A stretch of 62,981 nt of DNA, counting the filler, from Olpidium bornovanus S191 (Eukaryota > Fungi > Olpidiomycota), in the NCBI GenBank assembly GCA_017911155.1. It is 24 parts of 24 records of this genome, joined end to end, with 100 filler letters (N's around TTAATTAATTAA, not from the genome) between each part and the next. Parts side by side here need not be neighbours in the genome. Positions count along the whole stretch, not along the records: positions 59,072 to 61,509 come from JAEFCI010000727.1; positions 61,610 to 62,981 come from JAEFCI010009879.1; 22 more parts are not named here. One strand, 5' to 3'. Positions 60,778 through 62,981 of this stretch are shown one piece after another; within the stretch, counting starts at the first letter, position 1, and every line of letters starts with the position of its first letter. The notes beneath the pieces were generated by a model. It was not told the DNA's origin, ran no database searches, and worked only from the letters and a program-made list of their open reading frames with translations. The position numbers and the translations under genes were made by a program.

Positions 60778-61234
60778 CCGTCCGGCCTCCCCGGATCTTC
60801 CTTTCTCCGAAACGAAAAAGTAAAGAAATACCCTCCGCCCCGGCCCCTCGCGTTTGCCGACAACCACGGCCGGGAACCGGGGGAGAGAGGGTGGGGTGAA
60901 GGGGGGCCGAGTGACGGAAAGGGCTAAAAAGCGGGGGCCCGATCGGAAGCGCTACGTCCACCGTTCCCCCGCCCCTTGAATTCCTTTTATGAAGTGGGGT
61001 AGCGTAGAGGAATAGAGCAATTCCCCGCGAGTTCTCCTCAAAATCCCCGGAATCCAACAGGGAGCGAGAAGGGGCGGTGTGGGGGTGGGGGGAGAACCGG
61101 CGTGGGGGGATTCGCTTTTCTTCTTGATTAAAACCCCGTTCCTGCATCTCCTCCGTCCGGGGAACGCTTAATTATTATTTGCTATATCCCCGCGCAAAAC
61201 GCGCGCCGCGCGCTCCGTTCGCAGGAAAAAAAAA

Positions 61235-61301
<67 letters not shown>

Positions 61302-61609
61302 GAAAGAGAGAAGTTGGTGGGTGGAGGAGTGCGAGTTTGCTTTTTGTTCGGCGGGTTGCCGTTGGTGCTCTCTCGTGTGTTCGTTTGGGCGTTGCCGCCT
61401 TTCTTCTCCCCCGCCCCCGTTTTCCCCCGCGGCCCCGTGCGGGTGCGCGCGCGTTCCCTTCTCACCCGGCGCGCACGCGTGCGACGCCCCTTCCCCGTCC
61501 CCACGTCCCNNNNNNNNNNNNNNNNNNNNNNNNNNNNNNNNNNNNNNNNNNNNTTAATTAATTAANNNNNNNNNNNNNNNNNNNNNNNNNNNNNNNNNNN
61601 NNNNNNNNN

Positions 61610-62658
61610 CCGCCCGCGTGTACCAGCTGATCGACCGCCGCGGGTCCACCGGGCAGGTCAGGGCGCCGTACTCGTAGTAGCAGCCAATCTTGAACTGCGA
61701 CGGCGCGTACCCGAGCTGCGCCGCCTGCGTGAACAGCTCCCGGGCGTAGGCTTCGTCCGGTATGAGATTCGGGATGCCCGCCGTCTCGTAGCACAGGCAG
61801 AGCTCGTGCAGCGCGTGCGGGTTTTGCTCGTCGGCCACGGCCGACGCGGGGTTCGGCCACGTCACGGCCTCTCGCGGGTTCTTCTGCTGTCCCAGCAAGC
61901 CGTTTAGGAGAATCTGCAGGCCCGAAACGGGCGAAAGGTTTCCGAACCCTCCGGCCGACCGCGGGGGCGCGGTTTAATTTCGTGAGCGCACGACGCCCTT
62001 CCCCCGTTCCCCCCCACCCCTTCTCCACCCCGACCAGTTCGAGGGAAAACCGGTTTTTGGGGATCGCTTCCATTTTCAGAAACGGACCATCCCGAGCTTG
62101 TACATTGCCGCGGCGGCTCCCCGCGCGGCGCGGATTTTCGATAAAACTTCGCCGCCCGCACGTGGTCCCGCTTCGTTCCGGCGCCCATTTTTCAGCAGAC
62201 CGCCGTCCGGTACGTCGAGAGAGCGTGGCTCTGCCTCGACGCCTGGACGTACAAAGCGAAGGCTTTGTCGTGGTCGACCAACAGCCCCAGCAGACCGTTG
62301 CCGTAGCAATTCGCCAGGAAAAACTTTGCTTCCGGATAGGCGACTAAATTTCTGCCGAGCCCGGGGCCCTTTTTTTTATTGCCAAAGGAGCGCACCGCGT
62401 CGAAGCGCGAAGTAAGAGCCGGGAATACAGAACGCGCCGCCGTAGGCCCGGAGGGTACGTTGTGGACGGAACTGGGACTACGCTTACCTGACTGGCGAGC
62501 CGCTTTATCGACTGCAACCCCTCGCTCATGAGCGCCTCCCTGTGCTTCCCGATCGCCTTTGGATCGTCCGGCACCAAGTCTGGCGCGGTCTGAGCGACCT
62601 CGATCAGGAACTTCGCGAATTCGAACTGAACTTGCGGTTCGTTCGACGTCTTGTCCAT
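61610..62658 (-). CDS. CHS4: Chitin synthase activator Chs4/Skt5 (Sel1 repeats), partial, with a stop and a frameshift in the consensus
   Basis: QFEFAKFLIE; YPEAKFFLANCYGNG; AFALYVQASRQSH..STYRTAVC; AMYKLGM|ILLNGLLG; ADEQNPHALHEL; QAAQLGYAPSQFKIGCYYEYG..PVDPRRSISWYTRA. Confidence 0.92.
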
Positions 62659-62981
62659 TAATTCCGGGGCGGCCCGCGCGGCCGCCGACGGCTGCGGCTC
62701 CGCGGGCTGGGCGGAGAGCGAGGTGAGGGCGGACGAGCACGAAACCGGCCTCGAAGGCCCAGACGCGTCCCGGGCCCGGCGAGCAGTTTTTTTTGGCGCA
62801 CGAAGATTTCTGTTAGCGGGTTCGGACCGCGGCTGCGCCCGGGGTTGCGGCGCGCCTCAACCCCGCAAAAAAAAAGTTCTTGCGGCGAGCTTGGCCCAAT
62901 TGGCAGCGGAGGGACGTTCAGTTTCTTCGCACGATCACCGTCAACGGGCTCTCGTCGCGGATCGGCTGCTGCTGCTGCTGC

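Noticed and set aside
62192-62194. TGA recoding or an alternative genetic code in CHS4
   Set aside because: TGA is the true stop of beta-tubulin, TAO3 and PCBD here, and a frameshift lies nearby.

Overview
This is not one locus. It is 24 short contigs (about 1-6 kb) joined by 23 artificial 100-bp linkers (44 N + TTAATTAATTAA + 44 N), so adjacency across linkers means nothing. The DNA comes from a GC-rich, intron-rich eukaryote. Ciliary genes (CFAP44, TTLL1, a PPIL6-like gene, beta-tubulin with the EGEF axonemal motif) occur together with the chitin-synthase activator CHS4/SKT5, TAO3 and a fungal-type bestrophin, which points to a zoosporic fungus. Olpidium is a guess I cannot confirm. Other recognisable genes, mostly partial: RTF2, SNF8, AP-2 alpha, DSK2, SIZ1, a WHIM1/PHD protein, DRN1/CWF19L1, TRAPPC13, FZR1/CDH1, PCBD and two small secreted proteins. 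Decayed transposons are abundant: two Ty3/gypsy gag remnants, four Ty1/copia remnants, four LTRs or LTR ends and two pogo/Tigger 3' ends. The best leads are (1) a Ty1/copia pol with an HP1-like chromodomain in frame between integrase and RT, and (2) a plant-Bianca-like copia whose primer-binding site matches the anticodon arm of tRNA-Ile with the inosine read as G. All family assignments are from motif recognition by eye, with no searches run. Some consensus bases look error-prone.
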